A DNA stretch of 64,000 nt, taken from contig SFMG01000003.1 in the NCBI GenBank assembly GCA_004554455.1, forward strand, positions 43,305 through 107,304, given 5' to 3'. Every line of letters starts with the position of its first letter. The first letter of the stretch is position 1. A program made the position numbers and the translations under genes. This stretch comes from Bacteroidales bacterium. GTDB taxonomy: Bacteria > Bacteroidota > Bacteroidia > Bacteroidales > UBA932. The notes beneath the pieces were generated by a model that searched no databases, had not been told where the DNA came from, and saw nothing but the letters and a program-made list of their open reading frames with translations. Positions 62,045 through 64,000 of this stretch are shown here, one piece after another.

Positions 62045-63503
62045 GTCCCAACTCGGTAGCCTTGCGAATCATATCGGAGACATTCCTGACTCCCATCTTA
62101 GAATAGATACGCTGGCGATGGGTATTGACAGTATGGACTGAAAGGAAAATCCTATCCGCAATCTCTGTCGCCTTAAGTCCCTCTGCGCTCAGCCGTATAA
62201 TCTGTATTTCCCTCTGAGACAATCCTATGTCGGCAATCTTCCTGCTGCGATCAACGAGAAGATTACCCACATAATCCGCCACGTCGGAATTCACGACTCT
62301 GGCCTGTTCCGCCAAATCGCGGCACCTCTGACGTATTTCCTCGGGAGAAAGAGATGAGGCGGCTGCAGAAAGAGTGACAATCTCTTCAGCCATTGTATTT
62401 GCCGGATTACGGATATCCCTGGACAGGAATTCGATAATCTGTTCCTTGCTGTCGCTCAGGCGCTGCAGCTCCACTGCCCTGCGATGGGCCTTGCGGAGAT
62501 ATCCCGCGACAAGGAGAATCGCCAAAGCCGACAGCACGAGCGCAAGCACCAGAAGCAATACCTGGTAACGCCTGCGCTCCAGCTGACGCTCCTTCTCCTG
62601 CAGTTCGAAGCGGGTTTCCATTTCCTGAAGGGTCTCGTCCTGCTTCTGAAGGATATATTTCTGCATCCGGAAAACATAGTCATCGTGACTCTCCAATGCT
62701 TTCTGCGGTTCACCCACACGGGTGTAAAGCCGCACCAGGCGGTCGTCCAGGGCTGATGCCGTAAGGTAATCAGTCTCATCGAGAGAATCCTGCACCTGCT
62801 CGAAATAGCGTATGGCCTCCTCATCCCGGTCTCCCTGCTGATACCAGCGGGAACGGAACATTATGCCGTTACGCTTCAGACGGGGGATATCGTTTGCTTC
62901 AGCAAGCGTCTGCCCTCTGCCTATCCATTCTCCCGCCTGGCGGTAAAGCTCCCGGTCAATCGGGTCGAGCCATCTGTTCTTATTGATATACAGCGAGCCT
63001 ATTACATAACAGGCTTCAGCCTGCTGCTCCACCGCACCCAGTTCTTCAGCGAGAACCAACGCCTCCTGAGCGTAAGTCAGTCCCTCGTCATTCCGTCCCG
63101 TTTCCGGAGAAATCTCCGCGTATGAACAGAGTTTCGCCTTTGAGATCAGGATGCCGGCCAACTCCCTTCCGAATCCACCTGAGCGCGCCTTCGACTCCGC
63201 CTCCAAAGCTTTCTCCCACGCATCGGCATCACGGCTGGTCATAATGTCGATACCAACGACAGTTGACAAGGCGCGTACCTCCCCCAATGCATAATCACTC
63301 TTTCTGGAAAGATCCAGGGCGGAAAGTGCCTTCTCCATCGCAAAATCAAAACGCTGGGACTGTACATCCCTCTCGGAATCGGCAATAAGAGCAGAAATAT
63401 CCTGAGAAAGTACGTCCGGCTGCACGGCATCCGTACCGTAGCGGCAGGCCGCCACGCACAGGATTGCGCCGATACATAAAAGTGAATGATACAGTTTTTC
63501 CAT
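62037..63503 (-). CDS. Membrane-anchored LuxR-family regulator (lipobox, TPR-like sensor, TM helix, degenerate HisKA, LuxR HTH)
   Basis: Lipobox CVAAC, TM helix VLLLVLALVLSALAILLVAGYL, and C-terminal LSQREIQII...G...EIADRIFLSVHTVNTHRQRIYSKMG. Confidence 0.85.
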   Translation of the reverse strand: MEKLYHSLLCIGAILCVAACRYGTDAVQPDVLSQDISALIADSERDVQSQRFDFAMEKALSALDLSRKSDYALGEVRALSTVVGIDIMTSRDADAWEKALEAESKARSGGFGRELAGILISKAKLCSYAEISPETGRNDEGLTYAQEALVLAEELGAVEQQAEACYVIGSLYINKNRWLDPIDRELYRQAGEWIGRGQTLAEANDIPRLKRNGIMFRSRWYQQGDRDEEAIRYFEQVQDSLDETDYLTASALDDRLVRLYTRVGEPQKALESHDDYVFRMQKYILQKQDETLQEMETRFELQEKERQLERRRYQVLLLVLALVLSALAILLVAGYLRKAHRRAVELQRLSDSKEQIIEFLSRDIRNPANTMAEEIVTLSAAASSLSPEEIRQRCRDLAEQARVVNSDVADYVGNLLVDRSRKIADIGLSQREIQIIRLSAEGLKATEIADRIFLSVHTVNTHRQRIYSKMGVRNVSDMIRKATELGLI

Positions 63504-63710
63504 AGTATTCTTTCCAGACAAAAATATGCAGAATCGTCCGAATTTCCTTGCAAAAGGAGTATTTCATCAACGTTCAGAGGGCAGATTACTGAAAAAACAT
63601 TAGTCAAAATCAAGGAGGAGCGGATAATTTGTGCGACTGAAGTATTACAAAAATACAATGAAGCAAATTCTACCAGGTCCGGCCTGTCTCGGATAAATAG
63701 CATAGAGATT

Positions 63711-63743
63711 GCCCGCCTTCAGCGATGTTGAGGCGGGCTTTTT
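63711..63743 (+). terminator. Terminator-like hairpin
   Basis: GCCCGCCT...AGGCGGGC followed by TTTTT. Confidence 0.5.
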
Positions 63744-63900
63744 CGTTGAGTGTGGCGGGGCGGGTGTTGCAGCGAGGGTCGTTGAGCGTGGCGGCTTGTT
63801 TGGCGGGGCGTTGAGCGTGGCGGCTTGTTTGGCGGGTGCTGCGCACCCTCGGCGGCAAAAACATAGGGAAATGCCGCCTCCGGGCGCATCAGCACCCGCT
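63744..63900. repeat. Repeat locus 3 (partial): 29-bp tandem units plus D-like long hairpin
   Basis: CGTTGAGCGTGGCGGCTTGTTTGGCGGG at 63780 and 63809, with a degenerate copy before. Hairpin GCGGGTGCTG...GGCGGCA-[A-rich loop]-TGCCGCC...CAGCACCCGC at 63832-63899. Confidence 0.75.
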
Positions 63901-64000
63901 TTAGCCGCCACTGTCGAACCTGCTTGAGCCCGCCCCATACAAACATCTGAGGCAAGGCGCGTCGGCAACGCGTGATGGAACGCGTGCTGAGGGATGGACT

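Noticed and set aside
63486..63968. Small ORFs at the right edge
   Set aside because: No recognisable motifs. They overlap the LuxR promoter or the repeat sequence.

Overview
A 64-kb chromosomal segment of a GC-rich Bacteroidales bacterium. Taxonomy is inferred from TAnnTTTG promoters, the surE-lpxB and parA-parB-DUF5683-lytic transglycosylase gene orders, and BACON/DUF3575/DUF349 proteins. Most of it is housekeeping: guaB-guaA plus two nucleobase permeases, gap, pgi, yidC, trmD, tyrS, rbfA, hpt-adk, parAB and two tRNA-Lys genes. There is no transposase, integrase, cas or phage gene. The most unusual feature is a family of non-coding, palindrome-rich mosaic repeat loci at about 5773-7226 and 55975-57150, with a related piece at the right edge and a possible relic at about 8105-8287. 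The two main loci are 50 kb apart, keep the same module order, share a near-identical 114-bp hairpin element, and mostly have 36-37 or 72-75 bp periods. They show compensatory and G-T pairing that favours folding of the + strand. Their 72-bp module has a 20-bp core that is inverted relative to its linker between the two loci. Other oddities include a probable five-beta-barrel outer-membrane protein, a 1050-aa BACON lipoprotein gene broken by one in-frame TAG, a TPR-TM-(His-less HisKA)-LuxR fusion regulator, an orphan MMPL+LolA pair, an insertion in GuaA and a candidate sRNA after trmD. All calls come from reading motifs by eye; no database searches were run.
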